64,000 nucleotides of DNA from the NCBI GenBank assembly GCA_050015075.1, contig JBEKCB010000021.1:24303-88302 (forward strand), in the 5' to 3' direction. The notes beneath the pieces are model-generated. The model saw nothing but the letters and a program-made list of their open reading frames with translations. It ran no database searches and was not told the origin of the DNA. This DNA comes from Candidatus Brocadiia bacterium. GTDB taxonomy: Bacteria > Planctomycetota > Brocadiia > CAIUPP01. Position numbers and translations under genes: made by a program. Positions 55,081-64,000 of this stretch are shown in pieces (position 1 is the stretch's first letter; each line of letters opens with the position of its first letter).

Positions 55081-56523
55081 TCACCGGTCCGCGTTCAGGC
55101 GCTTGCGCGCGGCCGCTGCACGCGGATCGTCGGGGAAGTCACGGACAAAGCGCGCGTACATCTCCTGCGCGGCGGCCTTGTCCTTGAGCTTGCCATTGTA
55201 GAGCTCGGCCGCCTGGAACAGCGGGTCCGCGCCGTTGGCCGGCTCGCGCTCGGAAAGGCGGACGAGAGCGTCCGTCGCCGTCTTCCAGTCATTCAGGTCC
55301 GGCTGCTGACAAACCTCCGCGATGAGCTGCAGGGCCGGCGACACCTGCTGGCTCTTGGGATAGTCCGAGATGAGCTTGTTCAGCTTATTCACCAACTGCT
55401 GCTGCTCGGGGGCGTAGTAGCTCGAGGAGAATGTCCCGTGCTTCTTCAAGGCCTTCCACTCGAGCTGGCAGTTCTCCATCCGCTCGGCGAGGAGCGCGTC
55501 CTCTTCGGCCTGCGCGTCTGCGGCTGCGGCCGCTGCGGCGGTTGCCGCGGCGCTCGGAGGGGTTGGGGCGTGGCGCCTGTGAATGAGAAACGCGGCCGCG
55601 ATGGCGATCACCAGGACGGCCGCGCCTCCGGCGATCGCGTAGCGCCGCGCCAGGGAACGCCAGTCACGGACCGGCGTCGGACCGGATTTGCTCTGGGGCT
55701 TCAAGTGCCGGCCGGTAATCCGGCCGAGATCGGCCTTGATTTCGGCGGCGCTCTGGTAGCGGTCGGCCGGCGATTGCGCCAGGCATTTTTTGACGACCTC
55801 GTCGAACCCGATCGGCGCCTGGTGGTTGACAAAACTGGGCAGCTTGAAATGACCGATCGGCAGACTGCCGGTCAGCAGCTCGTAAAGCACGACGCCAAAA
55901 GAGAATATGTCGGTGTGGACCGTGACCGTGTGCGAGTTGAGACGCTGTTCCGGCGACATATAATTGATGGTGCCGAGCGCGACGTTTTCCCTCGTGAGCG
56001 TGGAGAGTTCCGAGCCGGTCGCCTCGATCGCCGCAATGCCGAAGTCGGAAATCTTCGCGCGCCCGGTCTCGTTGTCCACGAGGATGTTCGAGGGCTTCAG
56101 GTCGCGATGGATGACCCCTTTCGCGTGCGCGTACTCGAGCGCATCGCAGATCTGCACAGCGTAGTCGAGCGCCTGGACGACGGAAATCTTCCCTTCCCGG
56201 ATCAGCCGGTCGAGGCTCACGCCATTCACGAATTCCATGACGATGAAAAGCGTTTCGCCCTCTTTGCCGCGGTCAATGACCTGGACAATGTTGGGGTGAT
56301 TCAGTTGCGCGGCGATATTCGCCTCGCGGTCGAACCGCGCCAGCAGTTCCTCCGTGCGGGCGAACCGCTCCGGCAGCACCTTGATCGCCACGGTGCGGTT
56401 GAGCGACGGCTGCAGCCCTTTGTAGACGATGGCCATGCCGCCCTGGCCGATCTGCTCGAGCATCTCGTAATGCCCCAGCATTCGCGTTGCCGGCCGCTCG
56501 GCGTTGGTCTGCTCTTCCACCAT
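55081..56523 (-). CDS. Hanks-type Ser/Thr protein kinase with TM helix and periplasmic TPR-like domain
   Basis: 'IGQGGMAIVY', 'VAIK', 'HRDLKPSN', 'DFG' and 'YMSPEQ'; TM 'YAIAGGAAVLVIAIAAAFLI'; BamD/YbgF-like helical tail. Confidence 0.93.
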   Translation of the reverse strand: MVEEQTNAERPATRMLGHYEMLEQIGQGGMAIVYKGLQPSLNRTVAIKVLPERFARTEELLARFDREANIAAQLNHPNIVQVIDRGKEGETLFIVMEFVNGVSLDRLIREGKISVVQALDYAVQICDALEYAHAKGVIHRDLKPSNILVDNETGRAKISDFGIAAIEATGSELSTLTRENVALGTINYMSPEQRLNSHTVTVHTDIFSFGVVLYELLTGSLPIGHFKLPSFVNHQAPIGFDEVVKKCLAQSPADRYQSAAEIKADLGRITGRHLKPQSKSGPTPVRDWRSLARRYAIAGGAAVLVIAIAAAFLIHRRHAPTPPSAAATAAAAAAADAQAEEDALLAERMENCQLEWKALKKHGTFSSSYYAPEQQQLVNKLNKLISDYPKSQQVSPALQLIAEVCQQPDLNDWKTATDALVRLSEREPANGADPLFQAAELYNGKLKDKAAAQEMYARFVRDFPDDPRAAAARKRLNADR

Positions 56524-56595
56524 CGTTTCCCCTGACGGACGCGCAGGCAGGCCGGCTACTCCCGGCCGACACAACCCGCTTGCGCCCCTCTTACT

Positions 56596-56764
56596 ATTAT
56601 CCGCCCGCCCGGCGGCGTGTCAAGCTTCTTCCGGAATGCGCGCATGGCCTCAGGGCGCGCGGGGCCGCGCGCGGACGCATCGTTTCCCAGAACAGCGCGA
56701 GGAAGCCCGTCACACGGCTCTGTCGCTGCGGGCAATTGACAAGCGGCGGTCTAACGGTCACAAT
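56596..56764. promoter_or_regulatory. Divergent sigma70 promoters for the kinase operon (-) and the DUF2059 gene (+)
   Basis: Minus strand: TTGACA-N16-GATAAT (56623-56596). Plus strand: TTGACA-N17-CACAAT (56736-56764). Confidence 0.55.
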
Positions 56765-56867
56765 TCGCCACTGATGACTGCCCGGCATGTGGACGGCTTG
56801 TCCGTGGTCTGTGCGGCAGGTCGCGTGAAGGGCGGCAGCCGGAAAATTCCTGTCAAGGAGAACTCGC

Positions 56868-57347
56868 ATGCGTTGCGCACTGACGGCCCTCTTGCTGGCG
56901 TGCCTGCTGGGAGCGGGAAGCAAGCCGGTTTTCGCCCAGGAAGATGCCAAGGCCAAGGCGCATCTCGCCGCCGCTACGGAATTGTTCCAAGCCATGCAAT
57001 TGGACAAGACGGTCGCGCAAACGATAGACAGTGTGATAGAGGCGCAAATCAAGGGGAACCCGCAGCTTGCGCCTTACCGTTCGGTGATGCAGGATTTTCT
57101 TCGCAAGTACATGGGCTGGGACGGCATCAAGGACGAAATGGCCCAGCTTTACATGGACGAGTTCACCACCGAGGAACTCAGAGATATCACCGCCTTTTAC
57201 AAGACGCCTACCGGCCAGAAAATGGCCCTGCGCCTTCCCACGCTGACAACCAAGGGGGCCGCCATCGGCCAGCAGCGGGTCCAGGAACACATGGGGGAAC
57301 TGCAAGAAATGATCGCGAAGAAAAAGGCGGAACTGGGCGACAAATAG
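56868..57347 (+). CDS. DUF2059 domain protein
   Basis: Signal peptide; 'LYMDEFTTEELRDITAFYKTPTGQK'. Confidence 0.88.
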   Translation: MRCALTALLLACLLGAGSKPVFAQEDAKAKAHLAAATELFQAMQLDKTVAQTIDSVIEAQIKGNPQLAPYRSVMQDFLRKYMGWDGIKDEMAQLYMDEFTTEELRDITAFYKTPTGQKMALRLPTLTTKGAAIGQQRVQEHMGELQEMIAKKKAELGDK

Positions 57348-57377
57348 CGGTTTTCCCAATTATAAGGAATCACTGAC

Positions 57378-58214
57378 ATGTGGGCCCTCGGCGTCTATGC
57401 TGGAGAATCCCCGCTCAAGTTGCGACCGGCGCCGAAGGCGGCCAACCCGGTGTTGACGCCTGCGGATGTCACGGATATGAAGGTGGATGCCGTCGCCCAC
57501 CCCTTCATGGTGATCAAGGACAAGCGGTATTACGTGTACTTCACAGCCAAGGACCTGAAATCCGACAAGGGCGGCATCGCGCTGGCGGAGAGCGGCGACG
57601 GCGTGAAGTGGAAATTCCGGCGGACCGTCATCCGCGAGCCGTTCGTTCAGTCGTACCCGTACGTCTTCGAATGGCGCAACGAGTACTACCTGATTCCGGA
57701 AGCCCACACGGAGACGTCGCTCCGGATGTACAAGGCGACGGCGTTTCCGGACGAGTGGAAGTGCGTGGGAAGCCTTTTAGAGGGCGACGTGCCTTTCAGA
57801 AGCCCGACGCTGGCGCACTACAAGGACCTGTGGTGGCTGTTCACGTCGCTTGCCGGGGACGACACGCTGCGCCTCTTCTACGCTCCCGATTTCAAAGGGC
57901 CCTGGAAGTTACACCCGCTCAGCCCCATCGTGAAAAAGGACTTGCGTAGCGCCCGGCCCGCCGGCCGGCCTTTCCTGCTCGACGGAGCTTTTTACCGCTT
58001 GGGGCAGGACTGTTACCCGACCTACGGGCGAGCCGTACGCGCGTGCCGGATCACCGACATCAGCGCCACGACGTACGCCGAGGAGGTGCTGGAGACGCCC
58101 GTGGTCGAAGCCTCGGGAAGCGGCTGGAACTCCCAGGGGATGCACCACGTTGATGCGCAGCGGACGGCTGCGGGACAGTGGATCGCGGTGGTGGACGCGG
58201 TTAGCGCGCAGTGA
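57378..58214 (+). CDS. Beta-propeller glycosylase-like protein (GINT1 N-terminal/GH43-like)
   Basis: 'NPVLT', 'AHPF', 'SGDGVKW', 'SYPYVF', 'GPWKLHPLSP', 'ARPAG', 'QDC..YG' and 'GMHHVD'. It may be 5'-truncated. Confidence 0.75.
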   Translation: MWALGVYAGESPLKLRPAPKAANPVLTPADVTDMKVDAVAHPFMVIKDKRYYVYFTAKDLKSDKGGIALAESGDGVKWKFRRTVIREPFVQSYPYVFEWRNEYYLIPEAHTETSLRMYKATAFPDEWKCVGSLLEGDVPFRSPTLAHYKDLWWLFTSLAGDDTLRLFYAPDFKGPWKLHPLSPIVKKDLRSARPAGRPFLLDGAFYRLGQDCYPTYGRAVRACRITDISATTYAEEVLETPVVEASGSGWNSQGMHHVDAQRTAAGQWIAVVDAVSAQ

Positions 58215-58370
58215 GCGGGGACTGGTTCTTCATATCCTAGAATCGGCGAACAATCACCTGATTATTGGCTGTTTTTTAGGGGCAACCATGGACTGTGCAC
58301 AGCTATTTAATGGCGGGTGACTGCTCTAACGATTAAGGTTCCAAATGAGCGTGTAAACAGGGGCAATACG

Positions 58371-58769
58371 ATGAACTGGGGTAATACGCCTTTTCTGTTT
58401 AGCGACAAGCCACACACTATTGCCACTAGCGATGACTTCCTGTTAGTGATCCCTCAAGGCATTCTTACGAAACAACAGCTTCTTGCCCACTACGCAAGCG
58501 CAGGCTCATTTCCATCGTATTTCGGGCATAACTGGGATGCTCTGGAAGAGTGTTTGGGAGATTTGTCATGGATAAGGCCACAGCGCATCCTCATTGTCCA
58601 CGAGGATTTACCTTTAGCGAATGATGACCAACAGTGCCGTGTCTATCTGGATATATTGGCGGGGGCGGTCGAACTCTGGAACGGCGACAAGAGTCACGGG
58701 ATGTTGGTCGTTTTTCCTTCCACTTTTTTAGCCGCAGTCTCCCCGTTAGTCAGCAAAAATCGAAGATAG
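58371..58769 (+). CDS. Barstar-family protein
   Basis: 'FPSYFGHNWDALEECLGDLSW'; AT-rich; no barnase-like gene adjacent. Confidence 0.85.
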   Translation: MNWGNTPFLFSDKPHTIATSDDFLLVIPQGILTKQQLLAHYASAGSFPSYFGHNWDALEECLGDLSWIRPQRILIVHEDLPLANDDQQCRVYLDILAGAVELWNGDKSHGMLVVFPSTFLAAVSPLVSKNRR

Positions 58770-59060
58770 GATTCATGGACTCGGCTCGGATTTCCGGGGG
58801 CACGAACTCTCGCTTGACATCGCCACAGCGTTGAGGACAATACGTCCCCTTTTCTCCGCGATTCGATCCGGCTCATCACGGCCCTCAGCACAGGACCATT
58901 ACGCCGGCCAGGTTAGACTGGAATGAGTACTTGAGCATCCAGGACTCCAGCCTGGAGTGCCTGATCCAGAGTCAGGTGCATTAGCATCGGCCGTCCGGCC
59001 GCTGGCCGGAGGTCCAAACGTGGCTGCGAATTCCGGATCGAAAGCCGGGCCGACGAGCGG

Positions 59061-61340
59061 TTATTCCGCCGCCGAGACGATTTCGATGGGGATCGCGGGC
59101 AGGTTGCCGTAGGAGCGGCCGCGCCTGGTGACGACGGCTGGGCGGCCTTGACCGCCGGGGACCGCTTCGAGCGTATAGGCCTCGACGATCAGGTTGTCGG
59201 TGTAGCCGGGTTTTTCGCCGGCGGGGTCGGCGGCGGCTTTCAGGGTGAGCGTCAGGCCACCCTTGACGACGGCGATCTCGCCGACGCTCAGGCCTTTGGG
59301 CGGCTCGACGAGATCGAAGCGCGTCTCGGCGATCGCCACGTACGGCGGACAGTTGACCTGGATCTGGGTCTCGCCGCCGGCGGGAATTTTGACGACGCTG
59401 GCGGCCTGGGGGAGCACGAAGGTCGGCCCTCCGTTTCCGGCAACCGTGGCCAGGAGTTCCTGCGCGGGGACCAGGTGCCAGTACGCGAACGCCTGCATCT
59501 CGTTGTCGGCGGGAACGGCTGCGCGGGTGACGGTTGCGCCGGCGATCTCGGCGCGGCCCACGACGCGCAGCGCGGTGGTCCGCTGCGGCGGTATCCGCGC
59601 CGGGGTCAGGGTCATGCGCACGCTGTCGCGCCCGTGCGGGATGACGTTGCCGCTGAGTTTGAAGCCGGCGGGAGCGCCGTCCAATGCGATTTCAATATCG
59701 CCGTCGAACCCGTCCTTGCGGATGGCGTAGACCCAGACCGGGGTGGCGCGGCCGGCGAGCAGGTTGATGGCGGAAGGCGATATCCGCAGGGCGAAATCCG
59801 GCTGCGGGGCGCTGATGCGCAGGCGATAGACGTGCGCGTCGCTTCCGGCATTCTCCGCGTCGGTCAGCCAGACGTAGTAGGTCCCGTCGGCGGGCAGCTT
59901 GGCGCACAGCCAGGAGTCGGCCTGGTGCGTGAGCAGGCCGCACTCCTTGTCCGGGTAATCGTCGTTCCACGCGAGCACTTTCCCGGCCGCGTCCGTGAGG
60001 CGCAGGAACGAGTCGAGCGGCGAGCCGAGCCTGCGGGCCTGGACTTCGGCGACGACCTCGTCTCCGCCGCGGCCCTCGAACCGGAAGACATTTGCGTCGC
60101 CGGGGCGCTCGATGCGGCCGTTGACGACGATCGGCAGGGTGACCGGCTGCGCGGTCTGAGCGGTGCTGTTCGGCTTGACTGACCGGCACTCGGGCAGCGG
60201 GTCCACCGCGTACAGGACGTCGTTTGAGACGGCGTCATTGCCGCGCCACGCGGTCTGCCGGATGCCGGCGCCGCCGGGCTCGGTATCGAGCGTCAACCGG
60301 CTCTCCGGCAGGTTCCAGCCGCTGATCGCCGCCGACGCGGGGACTCCGGCTTGCCCGCCGAGCGGGAAGACCTGCGTGATGAACGGCTGCTCGCCGATGG
60401 AGACGCGATAGACGAAGTCCTCGCGGCCGCGATAGATCGAGTCGCGGACTTCCAACTGGTATTCCGCGTCCGCCGGGACTGCGTAGAAGAGGACCGGGTC
60501 GGGATCGAAAAGGTAATGGTCGGTGCAGGCCAGTTGCCGGCCCTGGGCGTCGTACAGGGCGATGACGGCCTGGAACCAGCCGGGGACCGCGTCGGCCATG
60601 TAGGGGATCAGGTGGCGCGCCTGCGCGCGGACGACCAGGCGCTGCCCGCTCCGCGCGCTGAAGCGAACGCGGTCCACTTCGGCGGGCAGGATCTGCCCGT
60701 TCACGAGCGCGGGCAGCGCCAGCGGCGTGGCAGGGTTGAGGTCCTTCTGGTCGTACTCGCGGACCGAGCCGACCTGGAAGCACATCGGGTTGGTCAGCCC
60801 GACGGGCGCGATGAGCCGGAGTTCGCGGTCGCCGGGCGTCGCGTCGGGATCAATCATCAACTGGATGATCACGCGCTCGGCGATGGAGTTCTTGGTCGTC
60901 TGCTTCTTGTTGGGATCGAGGAACTCCCGGGCCACCAACTGAAGGTCGCTTTCGCTGAGATCGTCCAGGCTGTCGAGCAGAGGATCGTTGGGCAGCCGGA
61001 CGGCTCTGGTATTGGGGACCTCCGGCACGGTGGCGCCGGAACGCTTCAGGCGGATTTCGTCGAGCCTTCGCCGGAGTTCCATCATCTGCGCCCGGTTGAG
61101 CGGCCTCAAGCGGCCCATGTAGCGGATGCCGGCGAGGCGCACGCCCTCGCCGGAGACGTAGACGCCGGTGATGTTCTGAAGGTTCTGGCCGCCGACGGTG
61201 ACGGAGAAAATGTCGCCGGCGCGCCCGCCGGCGGGATAAAGGTAACCGATGTGCGGTTGGGCCCACGCGGTGGAGGCGCAGATCGCCAGCGCCGCGAGCA
61301 TTGCGGCGCAAAAGACACTAGATGGTTTAAGCAGTTTCAT
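59061..61340 (-). CDS. Secreted protein with repeated PPC (pre-peptidase C-terminal)-like domains, DUF1501-cluster partner
   Basis: 'PHIGYLYPAGG', 'VNGQI..EVDRVRF', 'VRDSIYRGREDFVYR' and 'RRLGSPLDS'. Confidence 0.8.
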   Translation of the reverse strand: MKLLKPSSVFCAAMLAALAICASTAWAQPHIGYLYPAGGRAGDIFSVTVGGQNLQNITGVYVSGEGVRLAGIRYMGRLRPLNRAQMMELRRRLDEIRLKRSGATVPEVPNTRAVRLPNDPLLDSLDDLSESDLQLVAREFLDPNKKQTTKNSIAERVIIQLMIDPDATPGDRELRLIAPVGLTNPMCFQVGSVREYDQKDLNPATPLALPALVNGQILPAEVDRVRFSARSGQRLVVRAQARHLIPYMADAVPGWFQAVIALYDAQGRQLACTDHYLFDPDPVLFYAVPADAEYQLEVRDSIYRGREDFVYRVSIGEQPFITQVFPLGGQAGVPASAAISGWNLPESRLTLDTEPGGAGIRQTAWRGNDAVSNDVLYAVDPLPECRSVKPNSTAQTAQPVTLPIVVNGRIERPGDANVFRFEGRGGDEVVAEVQARRLGSPLDSFLRLTDAAGKVLAWNDDYPDKECGLLTHQADSWLCAKLPADGTYYVWLTDAENAGSDAHVYRLRISAPQPDFALRISPSAINLLAGRATPVWVYAIRKDGFDGDIEIALDGAPAGFKLSGNVIPHGRDSVRMTLTPARIPPQRTTALRVVGRAEIAGATVTRAAVPADNEMQAFAYWHLVPAQELLATVAGNGGPTFVLPQAASVVKIPAGGETQIQVNCPPYVAIAETRFDLVEPPKGLSVGEIAVVKGGLTLTLKAAADPAGEKPGYTDNLIVEAYTLEAVPGGQGRPAVVTRRGRSYGNLPAIPIEIVSAAE

Positions 61341-61379
61341 GGTCGCGCTCCACAACGGATTGTTCGAGTGAAAATGCAT

Positions 61380-62705
61380 TCAGTTCATGAGTTCTCTGAG
61401 CCGTCCGAGGTCCTTGCCGCTCTTGCCATTCTCCCAGAGCGGCATGACCTGCAGTTTCATCTCCCGCGAGTTCGGCAGCGGGCCGTCCGGATCAATGCCG
61501 AGCAGTTCGCAGATGCTGCCGAGCAGGTCGGGCGGATAGACGGGCCGTTCGGCCACGCGCTCGCCTTTCGCGTCGGACTCGCCGACGACGCGGCCGCCCT
61601 TGAATCCGCCGCCGGCGACGAGGACGGAGAAACAACTCCCCCAGTGATTCCGGCCGCCGTTCCAGGGCGGATCCCAGTCCAGCTTGGGCTTGCGCCCGAA
61701 CTCGCCGGAGCACCAGACGATGGTGCTGTCGAGCAGGCCGCGGTCGGAGAGATCCTGCAACAGCGCCGCCAGGCCCTTGTCGAGGTCGGGCAGCCTCACC
61801 CGGAGTTTTTCGAAGATGCGATCGTGGTCGTCCCAGCCGCCGTAGTTGATGGTGATGTAGGGCACGCCGCGCTCGACGAGGCGGCGGGCCATCAGGCAGG
61901 ATTGGCCGAACTGCGTGCGGCCGTAGCGGTCGCGGAGTTCGGGCTTTTCCTGCGACAGGTCGAACAGCTTGCGGGCGTCGCCGAGGGTGGCTTCGGCATT
62001 CTCCTCGGTGCGGTCGAGCAGCGCGAAGGCCGGATTATCGGGCATCGCCTTGCCGAGCGAATCGAGTGTGTGCATCAGGTCGCGGCGGTTGCGCTGGCGC
62101 TGGTCGGAGATGCCGAGGGTGAAAATTCCCTCGACCGCGAAAACCGGCTGGGTCGGATTGCCGCCGGTGACGAACGGCTTGTATCGCTGGCCCAGGAAGC
62201 CCGTCTCGTTGAAGCGGCCGAGCGAGGCGGTCAGGACGACGTACGGCGGAATCACGCTCTTGTACCCGCGGTCATATCCTTTGAAGTACGAGACGAGCAC
62301 GCCGAGGGACGGATAGACCACGTCGTCGCTCGGCACGTGGCCGGTCTGCATCACGTAGGCGGCGGTCTCGTGGCCGTCGTCGCCGTGCGTCATGCTGCGG
62401 ATGAGGGAATACTTGTCGGCCTGCTGGGCCAGCAGCGGCAGGAGTTGGGAGATTTTGATCGCCGGCGCGTTGGTTTGAATCGGGCTGACCAGCGGGCCGC
62501 TGTAGTCCACGCCGGCGTCGGGCTTGGGATCGAAGGTGTCCAGGTGCGACGGGCCGCCCGACAGCCAGATTTGAATGACGGCCTTGGCGTGCGCCTTCGG
62601 CGCGGGGACCGTCGCCGGACCGGCCGCCTGCTGCGCCCAGGCGGTGCAACAGACGAAGAGCGCCAGCGCGGCTGCGGCCACGGTGAGCCTGTGTTGCGCG
62701 TTCAT
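61380..62705 (-). CDS. DUF1501 domain protein
   Basis: 'IWLSGGPSHLDTFDPKP', 'GQSCLMARRLVERGV', 'GWDDH', 'GEFGRKP' and 'GRNHW'. Confidence 0.92.
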   Translation of the reverse strand: MNAQHRLTVAAAALALFVCCTAWAQQAAGPATVPAPKAHAKAVIQIWLSGGPSHLDTFDPKPDAGVDYSGPLVSPIQTNAPAIKISQLLPLLAQQADKYSLIRSMTHGDDGHETAAYVMQTGHVPSDDVVYPSLGVLVSYFKGYDRGYKSVIPPYVVLTASLGRFNETGFLGQRYKPFVTGGNPTQPVFAVEGIFTLGISDQRQRNRRDLMHTLDSLGKAMPDNPAFALLDRTEENAEATLGDARKLFDLSQEKPELRDRYGRTQFGQSCLMARRLVERGVPYITINYGGWDDHDRIFEKLRVRLPDLDKGLAALLQDLSDRGLLDSTIVWCSGEFGRKPKLDWDPPWNGGRNHWGSCFSVLVAGGGFKGGRVVGESDAKGERVAERPVYPPDLLGSICELLGIDPDGPLPNSREMKLQVMPLWENGKSGKDLGRLRELMN

Positions 62706-62733
62706 GCTTGCTCCCTTGGGTTAGTCGAACGAC

Positions 62734-62839
62734 CGATTTGTGATTTCTGATATCTGATTACTGATTTCTGATTGAAGGAGTATGCGCGTTTCACACGCCA
62801 ATCAGAAATCAGTAATCAGAAATCACAAATCAGAAATCG
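62734..62839. repeat. Palindromic element with 41-nt arms made of TGATTTC-type heptamers
   Basis: 62734-62774 and 62799-62839 are reverse complements with 3 mismatches (counted by hand). Confidence 0.9.
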
Positions 62840-62845
62840 CCGTTC

Positions 62846-64000
62846 CTAATGCCTGTACAAGAACTCCTTTGAGTTGATCAGCGCCCAGGCCAGGTCGTCG
62901 GCGCCCTGCTTCGGGCCCACGCCGCCGTTCTTGAAATAGTTCTCCGCCGCCGCAGTCTCCGGCGTCGTCGGGTAACGCGACAGGAGCAGCAGATAGGTCG
63001 AGCGGACGATCTCGGTGCGGTTGCCCTTGGCGGCCTGGAGCAGCTTTCGCAGCAGCGGGCTGTTTTCGATCTTCCGCTGGACGTCCGTCGAATTGAGCAG
63101 GTGCAACCGCTGGGCGTCGGTGGGATCATTGTTGCGCTCCGACTCCAACCCGGTGTCGCGAACGGGCCGGCCGAACATCTCGAGGAACGGGCTGGTGATG
63201 CTGCCGTCCGCCAGCGAGATGGTCCGCTGGCTGGGCGGAATATTGGTGTACGGCTCCGGGATGATGCTCTGGTATTCTTCGCCGGCGCCGCCGATCCAGC
63301 AGAGCGCGTCAATCAGCACCTCCGCATCGAGCCGGCGCACGGGGTAGAAGGCGAACTGCGCGAGCGCCTGGGGATCGCTCGTGCGCGCGATGGAGGACTG
63401 CTGGTAGGTCCGGGAATTGAGGATCAGCCGAAAGAGGTGCCGCAGGTCGTAATGCGCCGCCACCAGCTCGGACTGGAGGTAAGCGAGCAACTCAGGATTG
63501 GCCGGCGGGTTGTCCGGCCGGATGTCGTCGGGCTCATGAATAATGCCGCGGCCGAGCAGCCAGGACCAGGCGCGGTTCGCGATGTTGCGCGTGAACCAGG
63601 GGTTGTCCGGCGTGATCAGCCAATCGGCGAAGACCGCGCGCGGGTCCTTCTCCGGCGGAATGCTCACCGGGACGCCGTCGGGGAAAACGGCCTTCAGCGG
63701 GTCGGTCGAGTTGAAGTTGCAGTAAACGATCTCCTCTTTCCACTCGCCGGTCCACTTATAGGCGACGCGCTTGAAGAAGGCCGCCATGCCGGCGCGCTGC
63801 GCCTCCGGCCACTTGTCCACGCGCACGCCCATAAAAGTCAGGCCCACCGCGGCGGCGATGGCGCCGGGATCGCGGCCCTGGACCGCGCGGTAGAAATTGA
63901 CCGGCGGCACGCGGAAGTTGCTGCCGCTCGAGGTCAGCAACTGGCGGACGAACTGGTCGTAGGGCATGCCGTCGCGGCCCGCGTCGTGGACCCAGCGATG
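62846..64000 (-). CDS. DUF1549/DUF1553 (PSD1) protein, 5' end beyond the window
   Basis: 'NMPYDQFVRQLL'-type DUF1549 segment, 'NPWFTRNIANRAWSWLLGRGII', 'NSRTYQQSS', 'RRLDAEVLIDA' and 'WALINSKEF'. Confidence 0.9.
   Translation of the reverse strand, partial: HRWVHDAGRDGMPYDQFVRQLLTSSGSNFRVPPVNFYRAVQGRDPGAIAAAVGLTFMGVRVDKWPEAQRAGMAAFFKRVAYKWTGEWKEEIVYCNFNSTDPLKAVFPDGVPVSIPPEKDPRAVFADWLITPDNPWFTRNIANRAWSWLLGRGIIHEPDDIRPDNPPANPELLAYLQSELVAAHYDLRHLFRLILNSRTYQQSSIARTSDPQALAQFAFYPVRRLDAEVLIDALCWIGGAGEEYQSIIPEPYTNIPPSQRTISLADGSITSPFLEMFGRPVRDTGLESERNNDPTDAQRLHLLNSTDVQRKIENSPLLRKLLQAAKGNRTEIVRSTYLLLLSRYPTTPETAAAENYFKNGGVGPKQGADDLAWALINSKEFLYRH

Noticed and set aside
51633-55187. 1184-aa plus-strand ORF, and similar long antisense ORFs (7778-9754, 14707-16494, 32088-33917, 35756-37564, 60351-62750)
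   Set aside because: They are shadow frames opposite well-supported genes, expected in high-GC DNA, and have no recognisable motifs.

Overview
A GC-rich bacterial chromosome segment. The DUF1553/DUF1501 cluster, ECF/anti-sigma cassette and all-helical secreted proteins suggest Planctomycetota (PVC); this is an inference. In order, the window holds: a type IV pilus operon (minor pilins, pilMNOP-like, secretin, pilC, pilB, pilT; pilD elsewhere); a minus-strand run of HEPN-MNT, dacB, archaeal-type thyA, DegT aminotransferase, GT2, GT4 and a beta-propeller glycosidase; waaF, a Fic gene, pilD and rbsK; a patch with an orphan GemA-like gene, a hicB pseudogene, an ECF sigma/anti-sigma cassette and a truncated duplicate of its cargo gene; two CNNM/CBS genes, a COG4280-like transporter and an MFS; a type II R-M pair; a type 2 ileS; a PadR cassette, YHS, PAS/HD-GYP and aldo-keto reductase genes; a Ser/Thr kinase-MscS-FHA operon; an orphan barstar; and a DUF1553-DUF1501-PPC operon. 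The most notable observations are: (1) a receptor Ser/Thr kinase next to an MscS channel with a C-terminal FHA domain; (2) an ORF-less rod-shaped RNA of about 185 nt behind a perfect sigma28 promoter; (3) an IleRS2 with the non-canonical GVHH signature; (4) operator and promoter motifs readable directly from the sequence; and (5) several palindromes built from 6-8 nt repeats, plus a related tract inside pilM. No rRNA, tRNA, CRISPR array or transposase was recognised. All calls come from motif recognition by eye; no database searches were run.
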